Positions 1-9,745 of a stretch of DNA of 64,000 nt are shown here, piece by piece (within the stretch, counting starts at the first letter, position 1; each line of letters opens with the position of its first letter). A program made the position numbers and the translations under genes. This DNA comes from an uncultured Chlamydiae bacterium. GTDB taxonomy: Bacteria; Chlamydiota; Chlamydiia; Chlamydiales; SM23-39. The notes under the pieces were generated by a model. The model was not told where the DNA came from. It saw nothing but the letters and a program-made list of their open reading frames with translations, and made no database searches. The stretch is from the NCBI GenBank assembly GCA_963828125.1, contig CAWHDP010000001.1, positions 320,001-384,000 of the forward strand, given 5' to 3'.

Positions 1-145
1 GACCCAGCGCATTCTGAAGCGATGTCAAAGGAGTTCTTAAAATTCTTTGAAGCTGCGCTCCGTAACATTTGCTATTCACAAACAGGAAAAGCAAGACTTT
101 TTGCACATTTTTGTTCCCGCACAGACCTTCTAACATAAGAAAATT

Positions 146-250
146 GACCTAATTTTTAGTTTATAAAATTCCCCTATGCATCTCTGGCATTCGGGCTGAA
201 CACAGTAGGATGCCACAGAATATGCGTTTTTATAAACTGGTTTTTAGGTT
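146..250. repeat. Long imperfect hairpin / MITE-like element upstream of bioB
   Basis: Arms GACCTAATTTTTAGTTTATAAAA (146-168) and TTTTATAAACTGGTTTTTAGGTT (228-250), with inner pairing TCTGGCATTC/GGATGCCACAGA; similar ends at 59469-59505. Confidence 0.6.
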
Positions 251-324
251 TTATAAAAATCTTTCTAGTTGTCAACCAGATAGACGGACTTTTATCCTCG
301 TTTACACAAGAGGGGAGATGACAG

Positions 325-1290
325 ATGAACGACCGATGCGCTTGGACTAAAGAAGAGATTAGATCGATTCATGACAGCCCCCTTTTGGATTTAATCTATC
401 GGGCTGCAACAATCCATAGGGCACACCATCCTGCAAACCAAGTGCAGATCTGTTCTTTGATCTCCATTAAAACGGGCGGGTGCCCTGAAGATTGCAAATA
501 TTGCCCTCAATCAGCTCGCTATCAAACCAATGTCAGTTCAACCCCGCTCATGCAAGAAAAAGAGATCGTTGACATGGCAAAAAAGGCAATTGTGAACGGG
601 GCCACAAGGGTTTGTCTGGGGGCCGCCTGGCGTTCTGTACGAGATAGCGCTCAATTTGAATTAGTGCTTCGAGCGATCAGGCAAATTACCGATATGGGAG
701 TAGAAGTTTGCTGTACGCTGGGAATGCTTACAGAATCTCAAGCTAACCGTCTGAAGGAGGCTGGACTTTATGCCTATAATCACAACCTCGATACTTCCCC
801 AGAGTTTTATTCTTCGATCACAACAACTCGGAAATACGAAGATCGGCTTAAAACTTTGGATGCTGTAGAGGGCGCAGGGATGAGTGTCTGCTGCGGAGGC
901 ATTATTGGGATGGGAGAGAGTGTTGAGGATCGGGTGGGTCTCATCTACATGCTAGCCAATCGAAATCCTCATCCTGAATCTGTTCCAATCAATCTTTTAA
1001 TTCCCGTGCAGGGAACTCCCCTGCAGGAGAGGTCATTTGTTCCCATTTGGGAAATGATCCGCATGGTCGCAACAGCTCGGATTACCATGCCGAGGGCAAT
1101 GGTTCGCCTGTCAGCTGGCAGGCTTGAGCGTTCTCTAGAAGAACAAGCTCTTTGCTTCTTGGCAGGTGCCAACTCGATTTTTTCAGGAGAAAAGCTTTTG
1201 ACTAGGGCCAATCCTGATTTCGATGAAGACGAGAAGATGCTCCGTCTTTTTGGCCTAAGCCCACGTCCTTCATTTTCGTCTGCCCTATGA
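325..1290 (+). CDS. bioB: Biotin synthase (radical SAM)
   Basis: CPEDCKYC radical-SAM motif, YNHNLDT, PESVPIN. Confidence 0.97.
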   Translation: MNDRCAWTKEEIRSIHDSPLLDLIYRAATIHRAHHPANQVQICSLISIKTGGCPEDCKYCPQSARYQTNVSSTPLMQEKEIVDMAKKAIVNGATRVCLGAAWRSVRDSAQFELVLRAIRQITDMGVEVCCTLGMLTESQANRLKEAGLYAYNHNLDTSPEFYSSITTTRKYEDRLKTLDAVEGAGMSVCCGGIIGMGESVEDRVGLIYMLANRNPHPESVPINLLIPVQGTPLQERSFVPIWEMIRMVATARITMPRAMVRLSAGRLERSLEEQALCFLAGANSIFSGEKLLTRANPDFDEDEKMLRLFGLSPRPSFSSAL

Positions 1291-2360
1291 TGACCACACT
1301 GTTAAAGGCCAGGCTCCAAAAAAGGGAATCTCAAGGGCTCATTAGAACTCTACAGTCCACCACTGGACTCATTGATATGACTTCCAACGATTATTTTGGT
1401 TTTGCCAGGAATTCTCACCAGATCAATAGCGTAGAGGGTATCGGAGCCACTGGATCTCGTCTGTTGACTGGCAATACCCCTTTGTACGAACAACTGGAAG
1501 GAAAAATTGCCCGATTTCATCGAGCGGAAAGCTGTTTGATCTACAACAGCGGTTACACAGCTAATCTCGGCCTTATTTCGACTTTAGGCGTCGAGGATGC
1601 CACGTTTCTCTACGACCTCGAAATTCACGCTTCAATGATCGATGGAATGCGCCTTTCGAACGCAAAAAGCCTTCCATTCAGGCATAACAACGTAGAATCT
1701 TTAGAGGGTAGGCTAAAAAAAGCCACTCCACCTGTTTTCGTGTTAATCGAGTCCGTTTATTCCATTAGTGGTGAACTGGCCCCACTCCAAGAGATAGCCG
1801 CTCTTTGCGTGCGGTATGGAGCGGCTCTCATCGTCGACGAGGCTCATGCGACAGGAGTTTATGGGCCTCAGGGAGAAGGTTTAGTGGTTCAATCAAAATT
1901 AGAGTCATCCGTCTTTGCTCGAGTTCATACGTTTAGCAAAGCGCTAGGAGCTCATGGTGCTTGCGTTCTCGGAAGTCCTCAACTCAAAGAGGTTCTCATC
2001 AATTTCTCGAGGCCTCTGATTTATACCACAGCGCTTCCTCCTTTCGCGATAGTCCAGATCGAATCACAGTATGAAAGGCTTAAAAAAGAGGCAGGGGGCC
2101 ATCAACAGCGCCTGAGAGAGCTAATGGCCTATTTTTATAAAAAGGCATGCATTAGCGGCACTCAAAGCCCTATTCAACCGTTCCCTATCACTGGGATCGA
2201 TCGGGTGCGGGCTCTTTCTAAAATGCTGCAAACGAAGGGACTCGATGTCCGAGCGATTGTGCCTCCAACAGCTGCGCGCGGCAAAGAGTGCTTGCGAATC
2301 GTTCTCCATAGCTTCAATCAAGAAAATGAAATTGATCAGTTCATTGAGGCTCTTGCATGA
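1287..2360 (+). CDS. bioF: 8-amino-7-oxononanoate synthase
   Basis: SNDYFG, GSRLLTG, DEAHATG, TFSKALG PLP-lysine motif; ATGA overlap with bioB. Confidence 0.95.
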   Translation: MMTTLLKARLQKRESQGLIRTLQSTTGLIDMTSNDYFGFARNSHQINSVEGIGATGSRLLTGNTPLYEQLEGKIARFHRAESCLIYNSGYTANLGLISTLGVEDATFLYDLEIHASMIDGMRLSNAKSLPFRHNNVESLEGRLKKATPPVFVLIESVYSISGELAPLQEIAALCVRYGAALIVDEAHATGVYGPQGEGLVVQSKLESSVFARVHTFSKALGAHGACVLGSPQLKEVLINFSRPLIYTTALPPFAIVQIESQYERLKKEAGGHQQRLRELMAYFYKKACISGTQSPIQPFPITGIDRVRALSKMLQTKGLDVRAIVPPTAARGKECLRIVLHSFNQENEIDQFIEALA

Positions 2361-2980
2361 ATCGCATTATCGTTGCAGGCATCCATACGGAAGTAGGCAA
2401 GACGGTCGTCTCAGCTATTTTGGCCGAGGCATTAGATGGATATTATTGGAAGCCAGTCCAGTGCGGACTCCCGGCTGATAGAGATTGGGTAGAAGGGAAT
2501 CTTTCGGCTAAAGGACGTTGCTATCCATCGACCTTTTCACTCTCTACACCTTGTTCTCCCCATTTAGCAGCAAGAAGGGAAAATATTCGGATCAATGCTC
2601 GCGACTTAATTTCTCCAACCCTTGCAGCTCCCTTGATTATAGAGGGAACGGGAGGCCTTCTGGCCCCTCTCAATGCAACGGAAAGCTGGGCCGATGCTGC
2701 CGTTCATTGGAAGGCCCAGTGGGTTCTTGTCCATCGCCACTACTTGGGTAGTCTCAATCACTTTGCTCTGACCATCGAGGCGATGGAAAAGAGAAAAATC
2801 CCTCTTCTAGGAGTGATTTTCAATGGGGAGGGAGATTCTGTCACAGAGGAAATGCTTTTAAAAAAGGCCGCCAGCCGTTGTTTAGGGAGGTTACCATGGC
2901 AAGAACAATTCAGCCCGGCAATTATACGGAGGATCGCCAAAGAATGGAAAGAGACCATTCTCTTAGCCCTTGGGCGCTAA
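2357..2980 (+). CDS. bioD: Dethiobiotin synthetase
   Basis: TEVGKT P-loop, WKPVQCG, EGTGG, LGSLNH. Confidence 0.95.
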   Translation: MNRIIVAGIHTEVGKTVVSAILAEALDGYYWKPVQCGLPADRDWVEGNLSAKGRCYPSTFSLSTPCSPHLAARRENIRINARDLISPTLAAPLIIEGTGGLLAPLNATESWADAAVHWKAQWVLVHRHYLGSLNHFALTIEAMEKRKIPLLGVIFNGEGDSVTEEMLLKKAASRCLGRLPWQEQFSPAIIRRIAKEWKETILLALGR

Positions 2981-4224
2981 GAGACCAGAAGTGTATCTGG
3001 CATCCCTTTACGCAAGCGCAAACAGCTCCGCCTCCGATCCCGATTGTGAAAAGCAAGGGAGCTTATCTATGCGCAGAATCAGGGGAGGTTTACCTCGATG
3101 CTATTTCCTCTTGGTGGGTCAACTTACACGGTCATGCTCATCCATACATTGCTGAAGAAATTTCTGTACAAGCAAAAGAGCTTGAACATGTGCTTTTTGC
3201 GGGATTCACTCATCCTCAAGCCATTACTTTCGCTGAACGGCTTCTCTCCATCCTCCCCAGTGGATATTCACGTGTCTTCTACTCTGATAACGGATCGACA
3301 TCTGTTGAAGTAGCCCTGAAAATGGCTTTTCAGGTCGCGGGCAATGGAAAGCAAATCCTCTCCTTCAAAGAGGCTTATCACGGCGACACGTTTGGCGCGA
3401 TGGCCGCAGCGGGGAAGACCCACTATAATCGCCCTTTTTGGCCTTACTTGTTTTCTGTGCATTCGATCCAACCTCCGCTGCCAGGAAGAGAATCCGAATC
3501 CTGGAGCGCCTTTGAAATAGCCATTAGCACAGGTGAAATAGCAGCTTTTATTTTTGAGCCGCTCATTCAAGGAGCAGGGGGGATGCGCCCCAATTGTGGT
3601 AAAACGTTATCCAGAATGATCAAGGTATGCCAAGCTCAGGGGATCATCACAATTGCCGATGAGGTCATGACAGGATTTGGAAGAACCGGCCCGCTCTTTG
3701 CTTCTAGCACACTCGCTGTTACTCCCGATTTAATCTGCCTTTCCAAGGGAATCACAGGTGGGTTTATCCCCTTGGGGGCTACTGTGGCTAAAGAGTTTTT
3801 ATTCGAAGCCTTTTTGTCCCCGGACGCCACTCGGGCATTCCTCCATGGCCATTCTTATACAGCAAACCCATTGGCTTGTGCAGCGGCGAATGCAAGTCTT
3901 GCTTTATTGCTCCGATCTGAATGTGCAATAGCGAGGGCTATGATCGAGTCAGAGCATCGACAGTTTCAGAAAAAGTGGGGAAAGCACTCCAAATTCATTC
4001 GATGCGATGTAATGGGAACCATTCTCGCAATGGAGTATCGAACGGAAAAAACTTCATATGACCATCCGCTGAAACAATGCTTGATCGAATTTTTCCAAGG
4101 CAAAGGGATTCTTTTGCGTCCTCTTGGAAATGTCCTCTATATCCTTCCCCCTTATTGCATCACCCGCGAGGAGTTACAAAAAATTTATTCTGCCATTGCA
4201 ATCACATTGGAGGAATGGCAATGA
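2944..4224 (+). CDS. bioA: Adenosylmethionine-8-amino-7-oxononanoate aminotransferase
   Basis: WHPFTQ, SSWWVNLHGH, DEVMTGFGRTG, LSKGITGG; start taken at ATG 2944 rather than 2878. Confidence 0.95.
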   Translation: MERDHSLSPWALRDQKCIWHPFTQAQTAPPPIPIVKSKGAYLCAESGEVYLDAISSWWVNLHGHAHPYIAEEISVQAKELEHVLFAGFTHPQAITFAERLLSILPSGYSRVFYSDNGSTSVEVALKMAFQVAGNGKQILSFKEAYHGDTFGAMAAAGKTHYNRPFWPYLFSVHSIQPPLPGRESESWSAFEIAISTGEIAAFIFEPLIQGAGGMRPNCGKTLSRMIKVCQAQGIITIADEVMTGFGRTGPLFASSTLAVTPDLICLSKGITGGFIPLGATVAKEFLFEAFLSPDATRAFLHGHSYTANPLACAAANASLALLLRSECAIARAMIESEHRQFQKKWGKHSKFIRCDVMGTILAMEYRTEKTSYDHPLKQCLIEFFQGKGILLRPLGNVLYILPPYCITREELQKIYSAIAITLEEWQ

Positions 4225-4895
4225 CCAAAGGCTTCATCTCTTTTGAAAAAGAGATAGCTGGTTTAATCCGGCAAATAGTACCTGACCCTACTCTCCATGG
4301 ACTTTGGTTAAATACTCTGTCCTACCTCGAAAATTGTGGAGCTCGTAAAATTGCTTCCTGTGAACACCCAACTTTGGTCAAAGAAGAAATGCTCAAGCAT
4401 GCTGCGGAAGAGTTTCGTCATGCTTTTTATCTTAAGACGCAACTTCGCAGGATTGGCACTTCTTATGAAGACTACCGCAGACCCCATCTTTTAGGTGGAT
4501 GGGCGGCGTATCATTATCTCAACGCCCTCGATCTCAAAACTTCTCGCTATCTCAAAACTCTTGGGATCAGCCCCTATCAAATCAAGCAGCTCGCCTATCT
4601 TTTGGTCACTTATGCAATTGAACTTCGCGCAGGCGAACTATATCCCCTCTACCAATCCGCTCTAAAGCAGTGCCAATCGAAAGTGCAAGTGCAATCCATC
4701 CTTTTGGAGGAAAAGGAGCACTTACAAGAGATGGAGCAAGGGTTAAATTTGGTGCCATCATCGTCGTTGTATATTGAAGCTATTTGCGGACTCGAAGCTT
4801 CTCTATTCAAGCATTGGCTCCAGGCCTGCCTCGCGGAGGGAGTGACAAGCGCCATTGCTATGACAAATTGCATTGCTACTCAGGAGTGGTGCTGA
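4221..4895 (+). CDS. bioE: Ferritin-like diiron protein in the bio operon, probable BioE-type pimeloyl-generating oxygenase
   Basis: ATGA overlap with the bioA stop; two E...ExxH sets (LEN...EEFRH; IEL...EEKEH); WLNTLSYLENCGARKI. Confidence 0.7.
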   Translation: MTKGFISFEKEIAGLIRQIVPDPTLHGLWLNTLSYLENCGARKIASCEHPTLVKEEMLKHAAEEFRHAFYLKTQLRRIGTSYEDYRRPHLLGGWAAYHYLNALDLKTSRYLKTLGISPYQIKQLAYLLVTYAIELRAGELYPLYQSALKQCQSKVQVQSILLEEKEHLQEMEQGLNLVPSSSLYIEAICGLEASLFKHWLQACLAEGVTSAIAMTNCIATQEWC

Positions 4896-4980
4896 AAGAA
4901 GTTTCCTGAACAACCCATGATAAATAGCTTGGATTTCCTCGGACAATATCGACCTGTAAAATCTCTGTAGGCGAGCCATC

Positions 4981-7488
4981 TTAAAACTGCCAAGCGAGTC
5001 CTATATTTAGTTGGTGAGATTGATATTGTATGCCAAATTCGCCCTGGTAAAAGAGGGTACTTGTGGGATAGCAGGCATTTAGCGGATCAAAACTGATTGC
5101 AAGCTGCCCTACTCCTAAATTTTGTGCAGATGATAGCGTTTCTACCGTAAAGGAACCAGGTGAGCCAACGAGGAATCCATTGACTTTGCCTGCATTGAAT
5201 GATTGTGTGTTTACATAACTGATTTTTTCTTGGATGCTAAAATTCCATGATTGAAAAAAGAAGGTTTCATACAAACGCAACCCAGCCTCTGTCCGAAGAA
5301 GCGATCCGTTATAAGCTTTTTGAGCCGCATTAAAGGGGCTGTCTCCCTTTTCTTGATAGCTTTGTTGCCAAGCGTTGGCCCAATCGAGCATGGCAAAGGG
5401 ATTGAGACAAAAATTGTTTGTTTTGGATGGATTCATTATGTTCTTTTTGCAACCTAATTCCAGGTGAGGAAGGAATTGCCATCCATTGGGATGTGATGAG
5501 GAGCGAAATGAAAAGCTGGTCATTTTAGTATTTCGTACTTGATCGATTTGGACGCCTCCCCCCATCACAAGGAGATCGACATAAAATTGTTGATTATCCC
5601 ATGAACTGTAGATAAACCCTTCTTCCTGATTAATATTGCTGTGTCCCTGGCCCTCTTTTTCGTGAATATGGGTAAACAGATACGATATCCCTCCTCCCAC
5701 TCGCAACTCCGGCATAATCATGTAATCGAAAGCCAAGATAGCTCCGCCAGTTGTTGGGTTAAACCTGACGGTTTGGTGTTGCGATTTCTGGTACGCCAAA
5801 GCACCGATCGTTTCGAACCAAATCGAAAAGGGATTGCCGAGAAGAGAATGGCTCGGCGGTTTTTGTTGTACGGATAGCGAAGTCAATAGCTCTTGAAAAG
5901 GCAATGTATTTTCAGCAACAGCAGTCGATTTTTTTTGTTGCCAGAATCTTTCCGATTGTTGATTTCTGATGTGATTTGCAAAGCTCGTCGTCAGATTGAA
6001 TAAGTTGTAGCTTGCGGCGTAGATCGATATCCCATTGCGCGTGGGAGCTGCGCTTTGCAGCGCTCCGTTCAGCGTTCCATCCAAGGTTGCAGGAATGAAA
6101 TAAAACGCATCCTCAGAAGAAAATTCGTTAATATAATTGGCAAAAATTAAATTATTGCCAGATAAAGAGGCGGTGGGAATTTGTGTTAATAGACTAGGTA
6201 GCAATGCTACGGTATTGATCCACCCGTTGATTGTGATACCTCCTGTGAGTGTAAGAGGGGTCACCATGCCGTAAGAAGAGACAAGCGCTGCGTAACCAGG
6301 TTGAGATCCGGTTAGATTCCACCCTCCGATAAGACCATTTCCTTCATCATTGATTGCAACGCTATAGATAATTCCATTATTATCCATATCGCTTCCTAGG
6401 ACAAGCGGGGTTACAGTTCCGGAAGTGGAGATGAGCGCTGCGTAGGCAGGCTGAGATCCGGTCAGATCCTGTCCTCCGATGATCCCCATTCCAGTGGAGT
6501 TAATCGCAACAGAATTGATGATGCCATTCGTAGCCACACCTCCTATCAAGGTGAGAGGGTTCACAGTGCCGGAAGCGGAGACGAGCGCCGCATAGGCAGG
6601 CTGAGAGCCTGTTAGATCTTGCCCCCCAATAATCCCATTTCCAGACAAATTGATCGCTACAGAAAAAATCTCTCCAGTCGTAGATATACCTCCTGCTAGA
6701 TCGAGCAGGTTCACAGTTCCGGAAGGTGAGACGAGCGCCGCATAGCCAGGCTGAGATCCGGTTGAGTCCCGCCCTCCGATCATCCCGTTTCCAGAGGAAT
6801 TAATCGCTACAGAGAGGATCGTTCCATTCGTAGCTACACCTCCTGTTAATGTTAGAGGAGTCAATGTGCCTGAAGGAGAGACGGATGCTGCGTAGGCGGG
6901 CTGCGCGCCGTAGTAACTCTGTCCTCCGATGAGGCCGTTTCCAGAATCGTTGATTGAAACGCTATTAATCACTCCACCCGATGCTATTGGTTCTGAAAAT
7001 GCCAGAGGCACAAGAGGATTTCCTAAAGGAGGAACCAGCGCTGCATAGATGGGTCCAGTAGTGTCTCGCCCACCGATAATTCCGTTTCCAGTGGAATTGA
7101 TCGCAGCGCTGTAGATGATTCCATGGGTCGCTGGCGGTCCGGTAATGATAAGAGGCGTAATCTCCCCTGAAGAAGAGACGAGCGTTGCGTAGGCAGATCC
7201 GGTTTGCCCCTGCCCTCCGATTATACTATTTCCAGAAGAATTCATTGATGCGCTAGAGATGATTCCTCCCATTGCCGCATCTCCTGGTAATGCAAGAGGG
7301 GTGACATCGTCTGAAGAAGAGACGAGCGCTGCGTAGGCAGGCCCAGTTTCGGTTAGATCTATTCCCCCAATAATCGCTGCACTATCCGCAGCAGCATGGG
7401 TGAGTATTATTAGGGACGCTCCTATGGCCCCATAGATTTTCATTCCGTATAGCGAAGATTTTCGTATAGAAGTCAAAAACATAGACAC
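4981..7488 (-). CDS. Autotransporter with an 8 x ~50-aa repeat passenger
   Basis: Hydrophobic N-terminal signal, tandem repeats, amphipathic beta-strand C-terminal region ending in WQF. Confidence 0.85.
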   Translation of the reverse strand: MSMFLTSIRKSSLYGMKIYGAIGASLIILTHAAADSAAIIGGIDLTETGPAYAALVSSSDDVTPLALPGDAAMGGIISSASMNSSGNSIIGGQGQTGSAYATLVSSSGEITPLIITGPPATHGIIYSAAINSTGNGIIGGRDTTGPIYAALVPPLGNPLVPLAFSEPIASGGVINSVSINDSGNGLIGGQSYYGAQPAYAASVSPSGTLTPLTLTGGVATNGTILSVAINSSGNGMIGGRDSTGSQPGYAALVSPSGTVNLLDLAGGISTTGEIFSVAINLSGNGIIGGQDLTGSQPAYAALVSASGTVNPLTLIGGVATNGIINSVAINSTGMGIIGGQDLTGSQPAYAALISTSGTVTPLVLGSDMDNNGIIYSVAINDEGNGLIGGWNLTGSQPGYAALVSSYGMVTPLTLTGGITINGWINTVALLPSLLTQIPTASLSGNNLIFANYINEFSSEDAFYFIPATLDGTLNGALQSAAPTRNGISIYAASYNLFNLTTSFANHIRNQQSERFWQQKKSTAVAENTLPFQELLTSLSVQQKPPSHSLLGNPFSIWFETIGALAYQKSQHQTVRFNPTTGGAILAFDYMIMPELRVGGGISYLFTHIHEKEGQGHSNINQEEGFIYSSWDNQQFYVDLLVMGGGVQIDQVRNTKMTSFSFRSSSHPNGWQFLPHLELGCKKNIMNPSKTNNFCLNPFAMLDWANAWQQSYQEKGDSPFNAAQKAYNGSLLRTEAGLRLYETFFFQSWNFSIQEKISYVNTQSFNAGKVNGFLVGSPGSFTVETLSSAQNLGVGQLAISFDPLNACYPTSTLFYQGEFGIQYQSHQLNIGLAWQF
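6200..7374 (-). repeat. Eight intragenic ~150-bp repeats
   Basis: Unit approx. IIGGQDLTGSQPAYAALVSxSGTVxPLxLxGGxATNGxIxSVAINSxGNG. Confidence 0.9.
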
Positions 7489-7551
7489 TCATTTGTTGAT
7501 GATCCTATCCGCAACGTGGGGCGCCCAGCGCTGAGAAATGGCCAATCTCCA

Positions 7552-7608
7552 GTCTAATCCGACTTCCGAAATAATAACAGCTATTGTTTGAACATTCAGG
7601 CCAGGTAT
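7552..7608 (-). mobile_element. Tiny IS110-family transposase remnant
   Basis: IPGLNVQTIAVIISEVGLD resembles the IPGxGxxxAxxIxxEIG HhH-like motif of IS110 transposases; only 19 codons. Confidence 0.5.
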
Positions 7609-7735
7609 TAAGGATGCAAAACTACTTAACATCATCCGGCAATACCTGAGAGCAGAGATGATGCAGAAAGGGGTATTTATCCCGAGAGAAGAGGGTAGCC
7701 CACAAGGAGGCCCTTTATCTCCGTTACTGTCCAAT
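7607..7735 (+). pseudogene. Group II intron reverse transcriptase fragment
   Basis: Own translation: IKDAKLLNIIRQYLRAEMMQKGVFIPREEGSPQGGPLSPLLSN (GxPQGGPLSPLLxN, RT motif 4); no start codon, no YADD. Confidence 0.85.
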
Positions 7736-7756
7736 TATTGGCAGCTTTGACGCTTG

Positions 7757-7866
7757 CCCAAATTCACACTTTTGGGGTGGCCGCAGTATAGCTTCCTCGT
7801 GATTTGCAAAATCTGGCGTGACAGATTGAGCAGATTTTCCGCGGATGTGTGAGAAACGCGGGCTAG
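7757..7866. repeat. Composite of partial family A and family C palindromic repeats
   Basis: 7757-7790 matches 44705-44738; 7814-7866 is the reverse complement of 31943-31995 (1 mismatch). Confidence 0.9.
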
Positions 7867-8053
7867 CATGGCCTCAACTCACCCATTATTTGTATGAGCT
7901 GGCAGAGAAGTGCAACGTTTTTTTCGAGATTGCAGAGTAGAGAGGATCTTCGAGAAAGAAAAGCGGCTCCTCCACTCCATTGCCTATATAAAATTTCTTG
8001 CATCTAAATAAATATTTTCCTAACATGGCTGCTTCGCATTTTTCGGGGCAGCT

Positions 8054-9742
8054 ATGTTCTATATTCTGGCGCTTCTTTGTCTTTTCATCCCGCTCTCTTC
8101 GGATGAATTTTCTCTAGCTGTCACCGATGATCCTTTAAGCCGCAAGACTGCGATCAGATCCCCGCCATTCAACCAACAAGTGATCGATTTTAACGCCGTT
8201 GGGAATATTTTGAAGATGCAGATCAACGGCGACGAGATGGTTTACACTTATAGCGACCTCTACCAGCTCACCTCAGAATCGGGGCTGTTTGCTCATCATT
8301 ATGCCTATGATTCTGCCTATAACCGCTTACAGAGGGACGCTGAAATATATGAGATCAACGCCCTCAACCAGATCCCTTCCCATCTGCAGTACGACAAAAA
8401 CGGCAACCCGATCCATCACAACAAAGCCACTTACCTCTACGACGCCCTAGATCGGCTAAAGCGGGTCGAAACCGAAGATTGCATTCAAACCTTTACCTAC
8501 GATTGCCTCCATCGGTATCTTTCAAAAACCGTTATCCAAGAAGGGACCCAAAAGACCACCTACTTCCTCTATGACGGACAAAATGAAATCGGCGGTCTGA
8601 ATGAAGAACAAAAGGTCACAGAGCTCAGGATTCTCGGAGAGGCCCCCCACGCAGAGATCGGTGCCGCCATCGCCATTGAACTAAACGGCATAGTCCACAC
8701 CCCCATCCACGATCTGCAAGGAAACCTCGCACTCCTCACACCCGTAGGCTCGGAACCGACAATCTATCGCTACAGCGCCTTCGGTGACGAGAAGATCTTG
8801 GGCGAAACGGTCAGCCCCTGGCGCTTTTCCTCCAAACGGACCGACAGCCAAACCCACCTCGTGAACTTTGGCAGAAGATACTACATTCCCTCCCTTGGCC
8901 GGTGGCTCACCCCCGATCCAGCAGGCTTCGCCGACGGGATGAATCTCTACGCATATGTTCATAACGATCCCCTCAACCACTTTGATGAATATGGACTGAT
9001 CATGACTGGCTGGGACAACAAAACAGCCCAGCAAATGACCAGACCCCCTTGGGAAGGAGAAAGGGCCTGGAGCGCTATTTCGCATTTTGGGAGAAATCTG
9101 GCCTCCAGAATGACCCACGAGCTGTACGACCAATGTGTAGCGCCGATGCAAAGAGATTTTGACCGTTCAGTCGCGTGGTTTGCGAATCAGACTCGAGATA
9201 CGGAACAAAAAATTTGGGACAACAAGCTGGGTATTGACCGATTTTTTGGAACCAATATAGCCACTGCCGACAGACATTCATCTCGATTGGAATTTGCTCA
9301 AGTCGGTATTCCCTTCGGCCCTGGCGGAGTCATGTCTGCTACGAAAGTAGCAACTGCAGTTAGCAAGATATTTCGCAATGTAGGGGCTCTGAGGCCTGCT
9401 CGGAAGTTAAGCGCAAATATAAATGGAGGTAATACTGCAGCGCCTGATTTCATTTGGAATAAAGTAAAACTACAAAATGGCAAAATTTCTGAAGGTTGGG
9501 TCGAGCTACGTTCAACCTTGAAGCGAATAGAAAAAAACCAAAAATATCCTTATCGAAACGATGGCTCAATTTTGAAAAATAGGGAAAATTTGTTGCCAAA
9601 ACAGAATTTTGGATATTATCGGGAATTTGTGCTGCCGACGCCTGGAGTTAATGGTCCGGGACCCCAGAGAATCATTTTGGGGCGAAATACCGAGATTTAT
9701 TATTCACACAACCATTACCAATCGTTTATGCGGATTAAGTAA
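8054..9742 (+). CDS. Shortened Rhs/YD-repeat toxin with a C-terminal guanyl-specific (barnase/RNase Sa-like) ribonuclease
   Basis: YD repeats, GRRYYIPSLGRWLTPDP, NLYAYVHNDPLNHFDEYG core end; CT NRENLLP...YYREF...PTPG...RII...YYSHNHY. Confidence 0.9.
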   Translation: MFYILALLCLFIPLSSDEFSLAVTDDPLSRKTAIRSPPFNQQVIDFNAVGNILKMQINGDEMVYTYSDLYQLTSESGLFAHHYAYDSAYNRLQRDAEIYEINALNQIPSHLQYDKNGNPIHHNKATYLYDALDRLKRVETEDCIQTFTYDCLHRYLSKTVIQEGTQKTTYFLYDGQNEIGGLNEEQKVTELRILGEAPHAEIGAAIAIELNGIVHTPIHDLQGNLALLTPVGSEPTIYRYSAFGDEKILGETVSPWRFSSKRTDSQTHLVNFGRRYYIPSLGRWLTPDPAGFADGMNLYAYVHNDPLNHFDEYGLIMTGWDNKTAQQMTRPPWEGERAWSAISHFGRNLASRMTHELYDQCVAPMQRDFDRSVAWFANQTRDTEQKIWDNKLGIDRFFGTNIATADRHSSRLEFAQVGIPFGPGGVMSATKVATAVSKIFRNVGALRPARKLSANINGGNTAAPDFIWNKVKLQNGKISEGWVELRSTLKRIEKNQKYPYRNDGSILKNRENLLPKQNFGYYREFVLPTPGVNGPGPQRIILGRNTEIYYSHNHYQSFMRIK

Positions 9743-9745
9743 AAA

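Noticed and set aside
1..138. 3' end of an upstream CDS (frame +1 open to TAA at 136-138)
   Set aside because: Only 45 codons visible, with no recognisable motif
269..308. BirA operator TTGTCAACC...GTTTACA upstream of bioB
   Set aside because: The half-sites look right, but the 23-nt spacer is longer than the ~15-16 nt of known BirA sites; not supportable
4981..7488. Chlamydial polymorphic membrane protein (Pmp)
   Set aside because: The passenger lacks repeated GGA(I/L/V) and FxxN motifs
7489..7734. 81-aa ORF as a real gene
   Set aside because: Chimeric read-through of antisense RT, the IS110 scrap and a repeat
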